Below, piece by piece: positions 44,765-57,443 of a DNA stretch of 64,000 nt. Origin of the DNA: Eledone cirrhosa. Taxonomy: Eukaryota. Both the position numbers and the translations under genes were made by a program. Within the stretch, counting starts at the first letter, position 1; each line of letters opens with the position of its first letter. Location of the stretch: contig OZ024740.1 of the NCBI GenBank assembly GCA_964016885.1, positions 383,780,001 through 383,844,000 of the forward strand, given 5' to 3'. The notes below the pieces were generated by a model. The model was not told the origin of the DNA. It did no database searches and was given only the letters and a program-made list of their open reading frames with translations.

Positions 44765-45786
44765 TTTAATGACGTATTATGTTCGCTATTTTCCGTTCAA
44801 TACCAGAGAACGCCTTCACGAACCAAAGTATCGTATTTCTGTTTTCCTTCGGTTGCAACGTTTTTTGAAATATTTACTTCTGCGTTCACAGATTGTTTTT
44901 TTAGTTGCAGAAGATCCCGTTAAGGGTGAAATCTGCGATTCTTTGCTTAAACTTTAATCTGTTATTTTGATATATAGTATAAGCGAGGCAAGCCAGCCCA
45001 GTTGCCACTTCTTGCCAATAAACATTAACCCTTTGTGCGCCATTCATCTAAGTGTATACCACAAATACCAACTAAACGGAGCGTTGACAAGGACGATGGC
45101 GCATCCATACATACACGTGCATACGCGAAAACACCAGCCTTGGTATGCAAATACTGTACGTATATGGATGCGTGCATGTATATATTTAATTATTGTTGAT
45201 TTCAATAACTTCTGAAATTTATTTACATTATTTTTTAACTCTGAAGCCGAGAATCATTCGGTTTCCTAAATAGAATTTTAGTCTACGACTTCATTTATAC
45301 CATAAACGTGGTTTTCTCTTTGCGTGTAATTGTTCTCAACGCAGAGCACAATGACGTATTATCTTCGTTTTTTTCCGTTCATTACCAGGGAACGTTTCCA
45401 CGAACCACCTAAATAGTATATTAGTCTACGACTTCATTTATACCATAAACGTGGTTTTGTCTTTGCGTGTAATTGTTTTCACCGATCAAAATAATGACGT
45501 ATTATCTTCATTTTTTTCCGTTCTGTGCCAGGGAACGTCTCCATGAACCAAAGTATTGTCTTCCTGTCTTCGGTTGCAAGGTTTTTTGAAATATTTAATT
45601 CTGCGTTCACAGATTGATTTTTTTAGTTTCGGAAGATCCCGTTAAGGGTGAAAGAATCGATTCTTTGCTTAAACTTTAATCTGTTATTTTAATAAATATT
45701 TGGTCTAGGGTTTTTATATATTTGCTATATATTTAACATTATCGAGCCCTCTTTGGATTTTAGTCTTCAAAGTTATTATTATTACT
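44765..45786 (+). mobile_element. Two 3' fragments (~44765-44968 and ~45200-45786) of the PLE family at 53698-56378
   Basis: Reverse-complement homology to 53698-54280, including ~125-bp internal repeats and the GATCCCGTTAAGGGTGAAA motif. Confidence 0.85.
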
Positions 45787-45800
45787 ATATATATATATAT

Positions 45801-46361
45801 ATCATAAAACATGTCTATAGAATCACCAGATAAAATATATACCGTTTCCTCTCCCAATTAGCATAATTAACCATATAAAAAATCAATTAGACCAAGCTAT
45901 AAGAATAAAAGCTCCTATGAAGAAATCTCCAAAAAATAACCGAAAGCAGCCCTTTGCGGCGGTTGCAATGGAGTATTTATCGAGTATTTCGACCGTGTAT
46001 AAATCGACCAGATATACAGTCAACTAAACAGAATTAGGTGTAAAATAAACTAGAAGGAAAGTGATCATATTTAGTTACCTCTACCATGGTTTCGTCCGCA
46101 TTTTAAGATATCCGATAACATTGGATATCTAGAGCACCGGAGTCTTCAGGAGTTAGCTCAAATTTTGACAATTAATTTTCCAAAGTGATCGCGCCAAGAA
46201 TACATTAAAAAATGGCTAAGAATCGTGACGTGGCAGCGGTCAAGTTAGAAAGGATGTGATTAGTTGCTTACGGCTAGTAGGCTTTTTGCTAGAAAGCGCA
46301 GCCCAATACAGCCAAATTTGTATCTCAACCTAACGGGAGATTATTACATATAAAAGTTTAA

Positions 46362-46362
<1 letters not shown>
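45801..46362 (-). mobile_element. Family H HHR-bearing element (near-identical copy ~47690-48230; distant relative ~60050-60585)
   Basis: Direct homology; the 47690 and 60050 copies end in short inverted terminal pieces. Confidence 0.8.
46079..46152 (-). ncRNA. Hammerhead ribozyme (family H)
   Basis: Minus strand: CTC CTGAAGA cTCCG..AGATATCC..GGATATCT..CGGAC GAAA CCATGG TA GAG. Confidence 0.78.
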
Positions 46363-46392
<30 letters not shown>

Positions 46393-47661
46393 CACCACCC
46401 ACCCCACACGCAACTAACATCACTAACACACCCCAACCCCACGCACACGTACCAACACACCCTCGTACACCACCAACTCTACACACCCTACCACCACTAA
46501 CCCCCACTCACACCTGCATTCAACGCCTCCCCACCTCCCGTTTACTAACACCCACTAACACCTCTTCACCAAACTACACACACACCAGTACACCACACTT
46601 CCTCCATAGAACCACACACACCCTTCTCTCACCGCTCCACCCACACCCCCGCTCCACACTCACTCATCCCACTAACACCCCTACTATTACACACACACAC
46701 ACACCCTCCTCACTCCAACTTTCACACCTACCCATCCTCGCCCCCTTACCATTCCACCCACTGTTGCTATGCCCTTCTGACCACCTCCCAGCACCAACAG
46801 ACCACAGCACTCCCACTGCTGACCACTTTCTGTTGCGCGCATACCCCACATCTCTTCTCTTCCGACCACCGCTTCATGGATTACCCACACGCAGATATTG
46901 ACTTATAACCAATCCTCCAAACATCCTTGGAACTTACAAACTTTTCAACCATCCTCTTACGTCATCACCTATATAACTCACCCACACACACACCCCAACA
47001 ATTATTTTTCTCCACACGCCACCCACACCCACAACACGCTTAAACCCCACACACACGTGCTTCCCACCACATATTTACACCCTCAGCCTCCTGATTCCTC
47101 TCCCCCACCCCCTATTCACACACGCACAGACACTCCGACCCACAAAAACGCCCCCCACACACACCTCTTCCTGAACATGCAACCCCGTTCTTCCCCCAAC
47201 CCTTACTTTCACATACACACACACACACACACACACCTACACACACACACCACCTTCAGCCCTCCCCGCTCGGACACCCCGTCTCCCTCTCCCCACTCCA
47301 CCCGCCACCACCCCTACTCACCCCACACCCTTCCACCACCTGTTTACTCCCCTTTTAATTTCAGTTTATTTTGATCATGCCTTTATTTTTAAATTTTCTC
47401 GTTCCTTGTATTTTGATCATACTTTATTTTTATTTTTTATCTTTATTTGTTAATTTTTCATTCGCACCGTTTCCTTTCGCTATATGTCTCTCCACCACTC
47501 CCCTACACACCTTTTGAACTCTGTTCCCACACACTTCTCACCTGATGAAGGGCTTATGCCCGAAACGTCGTCCCCCACCTACCCCCCACTCTCCTGCGCG
47601 TGAAATTAATAAACATTTATTTTACTGCCTTTCTGTTTTGTCCCTGTTCAAATTTTTCCAT
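46393..47661 (+). mobile_element. C/A-rich element ending in an HHR-like motif and AATAAA (probable PLE 3' UTR)
   Basis: ~950 nt nearly G-free, then a T-rich tract, CTGATGAAGGGCTTATGCCCGAAACGTC and AATAAA; (TA)n on both sides. Confidence 0.6.
47542..47572 (+). ncRNA. Minimal HHR-like motif, stem I not evident
   Basis: CTGATGA a GGGC ttat GCCC GAAA C gtc G TC. Confidence 0.55.
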
Positions 47662-47983
47662 TATATATATATATATATATATATATATAATCAGAGCTAT
47701 ATATCATAAAACATGTCTATAGAATCACCAGACAAAATATATACCGTTTCCCTCTCCCAATTGGCAAAATTAACTATATAAAAAATCAATTGGACCAAAC
47801 TATAAGAATAAAAGCTCCTATGAAGAAATCTCCGACAAATAACTGAAAGCAGCCCTTCGCGGCGGTTGCGACGGAGTATTTATCGAGTATTTCGACAGCG
47901 TTTATAAATCGACCAAATATAACGTCAACTAAACAGAATTAGGTGTAAAATAAACTAGAAGGAAAGTGAACATATTTAGTTAC

Positions 47984-48057
47984 CTCTACCATGGTTTCGT
48001 CCGCATTTTAAGATATCCGATATTATTGGAAATCTAGAGCACCGGACTCTTTAGGAG
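47984..48057 (-). ncRNA. Hammerhead ribozyme (family H), G5>A decayed
   Basis: Minus strand: CTC CTAAAGA GTCCG...CGGAC GAAA CCATGG TA GAG. Confidence 0.7.
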
Positions 48058-48290
48058 TTAGCTCAAATTTAGACAATTCATTTTCCAAAGTAATCGCGCC
48101 AAGAATACATTCAAAAATGGCTAAGAATCGTGACGTGGGAGAGGAAACGGTTTATATTTTATCTGGTGATTCTATAGACATGTTTTATGATATATAGCTC
48201 TGATTATTTAATTTATTAACTCTTCATTGTTATATATATGAGACCAGTCAGAGGAACCACATTTAACTATCGCATCTTTCTGTATATATA

Positions 48291-48981
48291 TAGTATTATG
48301 ATAATATGACTGTTTGAGAAGTATTTAAAATCGAGTGTCACAACATCATTGTAGATACCGACGCATCCAATCACATATTAGCCAACGAACATATGTTAAT
48401 GCTTGGAATAAACCCTACTGTTTAGCTTATCCGTGTTATTTTTGATTCTTTCATTATTAATACGCCAGGAACTGCTTAACCAGGTGCCCAAAATCAGTCA
48501 TACGAACGCCACAACTAAGTAAACATTTTGTTGAGTGTACCAACACCGCACGTTAAAATCCTCCGCGGTACACATTTCTTGTAACCTTTACTTGGATTAC
48601 CTTACCTTGGATTACCTTAAAAATACCACATTTTCCCCAATGTATATATATATACATTGAAGTAAATGTGGTATCGTTTAAGGTAAAGAGTACAAGAAAT
48701 CTGTACCGCAGAGGATTTTAACTTGCGGTGTTGTTACACTCAACAAAATGTTTACTTAGTTGTGGCGTTCGGATGACTGATTTCGGGCAGGTCCTGGCGT
48801 ACTAATAATGAAATGATGAAAAGTAACACGGATAGGCTATACAGTAGGGTTGATTCCAAGCATTTACTTATGTTTCATTGGCTAGTATGTGATTGGATGT
48901 GTCTAAAAATCGGTATCTGCAATGATGTTGTGACACTCGATTTTAAATACTTCTAATACCGGTCATATTATCAGAATACTA
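48291..48981. repeat. ~350-bp-arm diverged palindrome centred on CAATG(TA)nCATTG
   Basis: Arms match throughout, e.g. AAGTATTTAAAATCGAGTGTCACAACATCATTG and its reverse complement near 48920-48952. Confidence 0.9.
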
Positions 48982-49004
48982 TATATATATATATATATAT
49001 ATAT

Positions 49005-49043
<39 letters not shown>

Positions 49044-49305
49044 GAGAGAGAGAGAGGGAGAGAGAGAGAATTTAAGTATTGAGAGAGAGAAGAAGAGATA
49101 GGCGATACATGTAGTTATTTGCCAATAGCATATGCTAAACGTGCTCAACACTTCTGCCTGCAGTGTTAAATATTAGAAGTGTTAATATCTAGTGAGCGAG
49201 AATATAAGCAGAGCGGATACACATGTTTTAAATAAACATGTTTTAACTGTTTGTTCTCCTTTATATACTTCTCCACGTATATATATATATATATATATAT
49301 ATAAT

Positions 49306-49762
49306 TGGAAAAAATGAAACGAAATTTTATTTGTCACTCTTAGTACGGCTGTTACTTAAATATAATATGCATACGTACATACATATATGTATACAGACGT
49401 ACAGTAGTATGTATATATATACATACATGTACACATATATATATGTACGTATGGATTTACCGAACATTTATTTTAATGATAGGTTTGTTTGTAAACAAAC
49501 ATCCCGAATTAAGCCGTACAGTGTTTAGCAACCATCGTTTCCCTTTTGTTCAACACTGACAAAGGAACGATGTACTAGTTTCAAGCTTATTAGCTATCGT
49601 CAGCACCGTATACCTTCCTGCCAGATGATTGAACGTCTGAAAGTATATACTTTCCTTATGCATATTAACGGCTGAGCAGCCTAATCTGCATATCGAGTGA
49701 GTTAATCGGCCGGGCGATTTATCGTTTCGGTGCGCCCGGCCGATTAACTCACTCGATATGCT
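49306..49762 (-). mobile_element. Retrozyme-like family F unit ending in a perfect ~29-bp-stem fold-back
   Basis: Homologous to 52501-53125; hairpin GCATATCGAGTGAGTTAATCGGCCGGGCG...CGCCCGGCCGATTAACTCACTCGATATGC. Confidence 0.8.
49567..49609 (-). ncRNA. Minimal hammerhead ribozyme with U.U at the base of stem II (family F)
   Basis: Minus strand: ACGGTG CTGACGA T AGCT aata AGCT T GAAA CTAG TA CATCGT. Confidence 0.82.
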
Positions 49763-52434
49763 TCTTGAAGGCATGACCCTGGATTCTGTGCTCATGACCC
49801 TTACAAGAATAAATGGAGGAATAATAATAATAATAATTCTTTAGAAGGCAAATTATGTCCAGTTCCTTGGACATTATAGTTAGAAATATTCAAACTGATG
49901 AATTATGAACATTTCTATCACATACATGTGGTAAGATGAAGTTCATGTATGATGAATGAGTGAAAAAAATATGAAGAAAAGGAGAACAGAATGTGTATAC
50001 TTTATCAAATTGTAAAAGGTGATTGGAATATAAATGGTTGGTAGATTGGTAGGTAGGAAATATGTTTATTACAACTCGTACAAGTCGTTAAATCAATTTA
50101 TGTCAATTTATAGTTAATAATGTAAACACTTTGAGCTAGAAATTAAGAGGAATTAATGGTTATTCTATAAACTAACTCAATCAATATATTACTTATTATC
50201 TCCGTTTTCAAATAGGTGTAATTATGCATGAATTGTGAGTTTAACTAGACATACGTATATTTTGGTATGGGGTGGGAATATTTAATAACGTATTTTAAAG
50301 GACCAAATTCAAAGAGGACATGCAAAAGAGTCGTATAATAAAACTATTAATTTACGTGGACAATGAATAGGTAACAATTTTTATGTATTATAGGGTAACG
50401 TTTGAGCAGCGAAATAAACATATTAGTTACTAATAGACCAATAAATTTGTTTTTCTAATGTATACGATGGTTTATATGTGAAGAGGAAAACATTACAAGA
50501 AAAAAGATGGGTAATGCAGAAAACGTATTTAGTGATACGATTCAAAATAATTGGCTCAAAATCTCATTAATTGTGTTGGGTTCAGAGGTCTACATCTGCA
50601 ATAGTTCTATATGAAATCATATTTAGAGGGCAGGAAATGAAGGTTAATATTATCTATTTTGGTGGGAAATAGTATAGAGCTATACAATACAAACAATTGT
50701 TTCATTTTAAAATAATTTTTGTTTTCGAGAAAACCATATAATCGTGATTAAATATCTGTGGAGCAGATATAATTTTTTTCTATTTAGAAATGTATATGTT
50801 GAACGTTATCGATGTTAATTTGATTTGAAAAGGGGAATAATTCAGTTAGTAAGACGTTTTGTACGCTATGTGAACATTTATGCGTTAAATTAATAAATTA
50901 AAACTGTCATAAAAGCATTTATGTGAGATATATGGAAGACGAATTTAGAGTTTAGATATCAACAAATACATTGGATGTAATATGAATTATTGTACTGGAG
51001 AAAAGTATTTAATTTAAATGTTGTGTACACCTAAAGTAATAGATTGCAGTGTGGCCGCAAGGAAAATTTAAAAAAATTAATAATTGAGTGTGTTGCGATT
51101 GAAAGAACACCGGTCAAGGAGAACAACGTGCAAAATTAAGTAAAATAATTAAACAAGTATATACGAAGCAATTACTCTAGTTTTGGAAACATACATCTTA
51201 CATGTGGACGCAATTATTGGACTATTGACAATAGAGTAGAGGAAAATGGTTAGGAGAGGATGGACAATAAAATAAATAGGCTTCAAAAATGGTTTGTTTT
51301 AATGTAACAATAATTAAGCTCCTATGGGGTATAGGTGATTGTTATGAATTTATAAGTGAACATTCAACACAGAAACATTAAAAATTACAATTATTGTTAA
51401 TCTTTAAAGAACGAACATTTTAGATACTACATTTAATGTAGATAACGATAGACTATTATAGATTAAAGAAAATAATAAAATATAGTATCTCTATATCTAT
51501 ATTTATTTTTATAAACCAGCTCCCAGGTAATTATAATAGTACATTAGCTAAGCGTGTACGCAATGGTCTAAAAGGAGACTCGTATGTAAGCATCCAACAC
51601 CTATCTAAGAATAGGTCCCCAAATACGATTTAATGTTCTGAATAAACGGAAAAATATAATGTAGTTAAATATTTCTAACACTAATAGATAAGCAATTTCA
51701 GTCAGCGTCATTATAGATGCATCTTAAATGTGACCTACTCCACCATCTCTGGCGCAAGGAATATAATGAGAAAATGAACGTAGAATAGAAGAAAAAATTC
51801 CAACACATTCCCAATGTATTTCAAATTATACAAGTCGAAACAGGAAGTAATTAATTTGGTTACAATGTTGTGAAAACTAGACTTGATGTAAAAGAAATGA
51901 TTCAATCTAAACAAATTGATATCACGCTGTGACACTTACACGTGAACAAGAAACAATTAGAGCTGTCCAATTCTCCTAAACATAGCTGAATCTGCGTCTA
52001 AAAGACTGGCCCGTCTCTTCAGAAACAAAGAATATTAATTCTGAAACTTAGTAATTTCTGATCACCTACAAAACGCAGTTAACACACAAGAAAGAGTACA
52101 GATTTTATATCCGAGATGATTCTGCTAACACATTTAACATTTAAGCATTTACAAAAAAGCCACTTGTCTAATTGGCATAACATGATAAACAGATACGTTC
52201 CACCTTTACCTATAACATATTGGCGCCTAATCCAGGAAAATGCTTGATCTTGTGCCGACCTGGTTCAGATGCTTACACTTGATTCGTCTTTCTTCTTCCC
52301 ATTATCCGTATTGTGACACTACCTTCTCCCTACTCATCACATTTCTGGAATTCTCTCAATCAGAAACGTCGAAATGCAATATTTTACACTTGTTTACAGT
52401 CTTTGATGCCCTGCAATGGTGACTAGCAGAGATC

Positions 52435-52500
<66 letters not shown>

Positions 52501-52501
<1 letters not shown>

Positions 52502-53125
52502 CGGAAAAAATGAAACGAGATTTCATTTCTCACTCTTAGTATGGCTGTTACTTAAATATAAGTATGTATACGTACATACATATATGTATACAGACGTAGA
52601 GTAGTATGTATATATATACATACATGCACACATATATATATATATATGTACATATGGATTTACCGAACATTTATTATAATGCTCGGTGTGTTTGTAAACA
52701 AACATCCCGAATTAAGCCGTACAGTGTTTAGCAACCATCGTTGCCCTTTTGTTCAACACTAACAAAGGAACGATGTACTAGTTTCAAACTTATTAGCTAT
52801 CGTCAGCAACGTATAGCTTCCTGCCGGATAGTTGAACGTCTGAAAGTATATACTTTCCTTATGCATATTAACGGCTGAGCAGCCTTATTTGCATATCGAG
52901 TGAGTTAATCGGCCGGGCGCACCGAAAACGATAAACGGGAAAAATGAAACAAAATTTCATTTCTCACTCTTAGTACGGCTGTTACTGAATTATAAGTATG
53001 TATACGTACATACATATATGTATACAGACGTAAAGTAGTATGTATATATATACATACATGCACACATATATATATATGTACATATGGATTTACCGAGTGA
53101 GAAATGAAATTTCGTTTCATTTTTT
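52501..53125 (-). mobile_element. Family F tandem (~434-bp period) with short terminal inversion
   Basis: ACGG.AAAAATGAAAC..ATTTCATTTCTCACTCTTAGT at 52501 and 52935; inversion ~53095-53125. Confidence 0.82.
52771..52811 (-). ncRNA. Hammerhead ribozyme (family F)
   Basis: Minus strand: CGTTG CTGACGA T AGCT aata AGTT T GAAA CTAG TA CATCG. Confidence 0.75.
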
Positions 53126-53129
53126 GAAT

Positions 53130-53652
53130 GGAATAACAACACCCAAGCAACCAATACTTACCTAAGAGAAGTATAAATAAATAAATAAATACATACAAGC
53201 ACAATAACAACAAACACATATAAACACACACTAGTAAACTAAGATAGAATACAATAATAAATACACAGTCAGCCAAACACGAACACACATCAAACACTAT
53301 ACACACACGCAAACGTATGCGCAGAGAAGATAAATAAATAAATAAATAAATAAACAGACTAAATAAAGATGGCGTAGGCATACAATACAACAGTGGGAAA
53401 CATAATAGCACCACTGACGATGTTGCAGATGTGCAACGAAAGAACTTTGTTATACTATATATATGTGTTTGTGTCTATATTATATCTGTATTTTTGACCG
53501 TTGATCAGTCAATGGTAACATTGAGGACCGAATCAATTAAATTAACCGATATAAAAGACACAGAAGCGAAAACCAATCAAACAATGAGTGTGTTCTGTTA
53601 TTAATTCTGGCAATATTATTACACAAATATGACCCTCCGCAAGTATAACAAT
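53130..53652 (+). mobile_element. Family G element with HHR-like motif at 53414-53447
   Basis: CTGACGA t GTTGCA gatg TGCAAC GAAA GAAC TT; homologous to ~57690-58128; stem I imperfect. Confidence 0.65.
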
Positions 53653-53655
53653 ATA

Positions 53656-53697
<42 letters not shown>

Positions 53698-53700
<3 letters not shown>

Positions 53701-56378
53701 ATAATAATAAATTTGAAGATTAAATCCAAAGAGGGCTCAATAAGGATAAAGATATATCAAATATATAAGAACCGTAGAGCAAATATTAATTAAAATAACA
53801 GATTAAAGTTTAAGCAAAGATTCGCTAATTTCACCCTTAACGGGATCTTCTGAAACTAACAAAGTCAAACTGTAAACGCAGAAGTGGATATTTCAAAAAA
53901 CGTTGCAACCGGAGGAAGAATAGGAAGACGATACTTTGGTTCGTGGAAACGTTCCCTGGCAAAGAACGGGAAAAAACGAATATAATACGTCATTAATAGG
54001 AGCGGTGAAAAACAATTACGCGCAAAGACAGAACCACGTTTATGGTATAAAAGAAGTCGTAGACTAATGTTCTCTTAGGTGGTTAATAGAGACGTTCTCT
54101 GGCAATGAACGGAAAAAACGAAGATAATACGTCATATGTGGAGCGTGGAAAACAATTGCACGCAAATACGAAGCCACGTAAATGGTATAGCTGAAGTCGT
54201 AGACTAAAATTCTAACAAGGGAACCGAATGAATCTCCGCTTCAGAGTTAAGAATAAAGTGCAATTTATGTTTACAAGCCGAAATTGCCTCAGATTTTTTG
54301 TTTAAGATGTGGTCTGTGGCGTAGAGTATTTCCAGGGCCTCAGCGGCGCAAAGGTCACATGGTGTTTTATTTCCGTTATACGATCTATCCCTAGCTCGGA
54401 TCTCCCAGTGTAACTTATATTGGGTGTGGTTGTCTTTTAGACTCCAGATATAAGCTGAAAAATGACGTCATATTCTTTCTTTGAGGGTAACGAAAAGAAT
54501 GGGTATGCATGTAAAGAAGCTGCTTGAATCTATTGGCGGTTAACCTATGTAGGCCCTACGGGACGTGGGTGTTTCAACCTTACATTTGTAGACAATGTTA
54601 CTAGAGAAGCATTTTCCGGATAGGGGGCAATCAACCCGATTCCTACAATTACAGTTGGTACTAACTACAGGGTTGCACGTGTTCCTACGGCTAGGTAGTT
54701 TAGCTAAATTTGAAGCTGCGATGTTATGTGCAAGGTTAGGAGTCGTAGAGTAAGACATTTTAATAGTATTTATATTAAAGATTTTACTATATTTATGTGT
54801 AGGGGGAAAATGCTTCGTAATAGGGAAAGAAAGATCTTAGCTAAAGGTGTGGCCACCTCTATATTATATGGTGGGTTATACCAACAAATCCGACGGGATC
54901 TATTTCTCCTAGGTCTATTTTCGTACTCTGTATATGCTACCTTATCGACAAATCCACTCCGAGCAAGAGCTTCATTGTAATAAGTGGAATGGTCGTTGAA
55001 AATATGCTCGTTAGTAGATAGACGGGAAAGCCTCAACGAAACGTTTCTTACCAGGTACATGGTTATGCTGGCAGGATGGTTGGAATGCTTACTTATGTAA
55101 TTAAGCGTATCATTCGGCTTTCTATACGGGTAATACAACCCATTCGATAAATTGAGGGTAACGTCGAGGTAATTAAAGACCGAGAGATTGGCCTCAACCT
55201 GTATAGAGAGGTTGAAACCTTTAAAGAAGGCTGTGAGTTCTTTTCTGAACCTGTCGCAAGCACGAGGTCCGCACTTAGCCATGGTCAAAAGACCATCATC
55301 ACGGTACAAACCACCGCCCGCGTTGGGGAATTCGTCCTTGATAGAGAAAAGAAGGAAAAGGCCGATAAGATCAGTAACCTCCGCAGAATCGCTGGCGCCC
55401 ATACTCACGTCGAATGGGGTACTATTGGATTTTTTAATCCAAATAGAGTCGTCGAAATTAATCACTGACTTACGGGAATTGAGGATGACATCAACTTCGA
55501 AATCCTTAACCACTGTGAGTGTTTTAGCGAAATTGATAGCTCTAAGGAGAAGTGGTAAAGTGATGGAGGAGTAGTAATTGTTGATGTCGAATTGGATAAA
55601 ACGGCAATGTTCCTTGTTGCATATACCGTTGAACCAATCAATCACCGCGAAAGAATTGTTCCACAGTGCAAGAGGGGTCAAACTTCTAATTTCAGGTATA
55701 ATTCTATTAAGAATCCTTTTACTAAGTCTACCTAAATTGGACTTCGTAGGGTTAATAAGCCGAATAGAGGGGTTGTTAGGAAAATTGGATTTGTGATCCT
55801 TCAGGGTAAAGTGTGGAGAAATAAGGTCCAGAGGTTCGATCCGGTCCAGGATGTTGAGATCAGAGGTGATTTTAAACCCAGCATCGTTGATTTCATTGAT
55901 GACGCACCGATTAGTTTTACGGTAATCCTTAGTTACAGCATTATGTAGTAGTTGATGGTAAGTACTGCGCTCCACTTGATATAGGTTGCCAGTTTTGTCG
56001 GAATGGACGTGCACGGCATTAGAATCCTTAATAGAACGAATTCTATTCTTCAGATCCTGCTGGAAGGAATTGCTCCTATTCCGAAATTTGATACTCCGTA
56101 TGAGTTCCAAGACATCATTTTCGAAGGGTATCACTGCTGGGTTACGCGGGGGGTTATTATCGGTTTTAAACCAAAATTTATGCTGTTTGTTGTCTGCTTT
56201 TCGCGGATTATCGAAATAAAAGGCACGCCAACGCAACCATTTAATGAACGCGTCTGTTTTCTGTATCAGGAGTTTTAGGTATGTTTTCCTGCTTGGTATG
56301 GGTATGTTCTTTGTAGAAATAGTCAGATGTTGTTTCTGCATGATGAATATACGTCAATAGAGTGCTCAACCGAGGGAG
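53698..56378 (-). mobile_element. Near-full-length Penelope-like element (RT + CxC linker + C-terminal GIY-YIG) in (TA)n
   Basis: ATG 37 nt from the 5' (TA)n; RT ORF 56341-54770; linker CNCRNRVDCPLSGKC; NIVYKC..AYIG; CDLC..CKHK in a shifted frame; ~500-nt 3' UTR. Confidence 0.93.
54770..56341 (-). pseudogene. PLE reverse transcriptase, 523-aa open segment (frameshifted before the endonuclease)
   Basis: KDHK..IRLINP, FIQFDINNYYSSI, MGASDSAEVTDLIG, GGLYRDDGL, FNYLDVTL, YRKP, SNHP, WYNPPY. Confidence 0.93.
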
Positions 56379-56395
56379 ATATATATATATATATG

Positions 56396-57187
56396 TTATG
56401 GTGGACCTTAGCAAAAGGTAATTTTTCGAAAGTTAAAATTTTGCTTCTCTCATCCCTTAATCCTGTTCCAATTAACAAAAGCACGTGGTGTGCAACATTT
56501 CAGCTCAATCGGACAATTGTTAGGCGACCATCAAACACCGTGAAGCTGGAAGATAGTATACGCAACGATTAATTCTGTTCAAAAGTCGGGTACTGTTCCC
56601 TATCTCGACCAATTTTGTTTTTCTTAGAGAAATTTATGTGGACACATACAGGCAACCGCAGCAAATGTTTTAAAAAGTTCTGAATCAAATTTACTAATAG
56701 CTAATTCGAAAAATTCCTGAAATTCCATGAAAACCTTAAGAAATATTAGGTTTTCTATATAAAGCAGACAACTTTTATCAGAGAAACGCGTTTTTATTTA
56801 CAACAATAATATCTATAGTGTAAAAACATAATGGGAACACTGAACATTGAATATTGAACATGATTTTTTTATAAGAGATGATTTAGTGGCACTTGGGTAT
56901 GTTTTACGGTTTTGGGTAACGATCTGTAATACAACTTGTTTCTCAGTTTCATCTTTTGTGAGATTCTTATTTTAATCCTGAATGTGTTTGACACCTCTTT
57001 CTGCAACATCATTCACAACAACTGTCTTCTCAAGTTTTTCAACACTACTTTAAAAACCAGATTCATCCTGCCATGTTGAAGGGTCTTTGTCGAGGAAATC
57101 GGTGCTGATAGATAATCTCGTGAAGAAAGTTTTTGTACCAGGAGTAACAAAAGACGAAAATTCGATGTTTGTAAAGAAAGAAAAGTC
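56396..57187 (-). mobile_element. 3' end of a hAT (hATm-like) DNA transposon
   Basis: Minus 57187-56862 translates FLDKDPSTW..VVVNDVAERGVK..LTKDE..NRKTYP with stops; terminus TTA(T)GGTGG(A)CCTTA resembles the TTAGGGTGGCCCTTA ends near 58725-58805. Confidence 0.7.
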
Positions 57188-57443
57188 ATTTTGGCGGAGA
57201 ATGTACCTCTTCAGTTGATTGTTTCTTCTTCCTCTTCTTCACCTTTGTCAGTTTCCAGCATATCTTGATCAATATTTGCCTTAACCTCTCCTTGCTCTCT
57301 TTTCTCCTTGCTCTCCCTTTCTCCTTGTAACTATGTACTTGTTTATATAGAAATACAATGAGAAAAGGGGAGCAAGGAAACATTATCAAAGCAAGGATAG
57401 TAAGGAGAGTATATATATACATATCATATATATATATATATAT

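Noticed and set aside
46898-47374. His/Pro/Thr-rich 158-aa ORF
   Set aside because: By-product of the C/A skew, which suppresses stop codons.
49850-51500. AT-rich stretch with a faint L2/CR1 RT echo (GINGYSIN*LNQYI)
   Set aside because: No continuous frame or catalytic motif.
54540-54542. In-frame stop after YIG in the PLE, considered as possible selenocysteine recoding
   Set aside because: The codon is TAA, not TGA, and frameshifts accompany it; ordinary decay.
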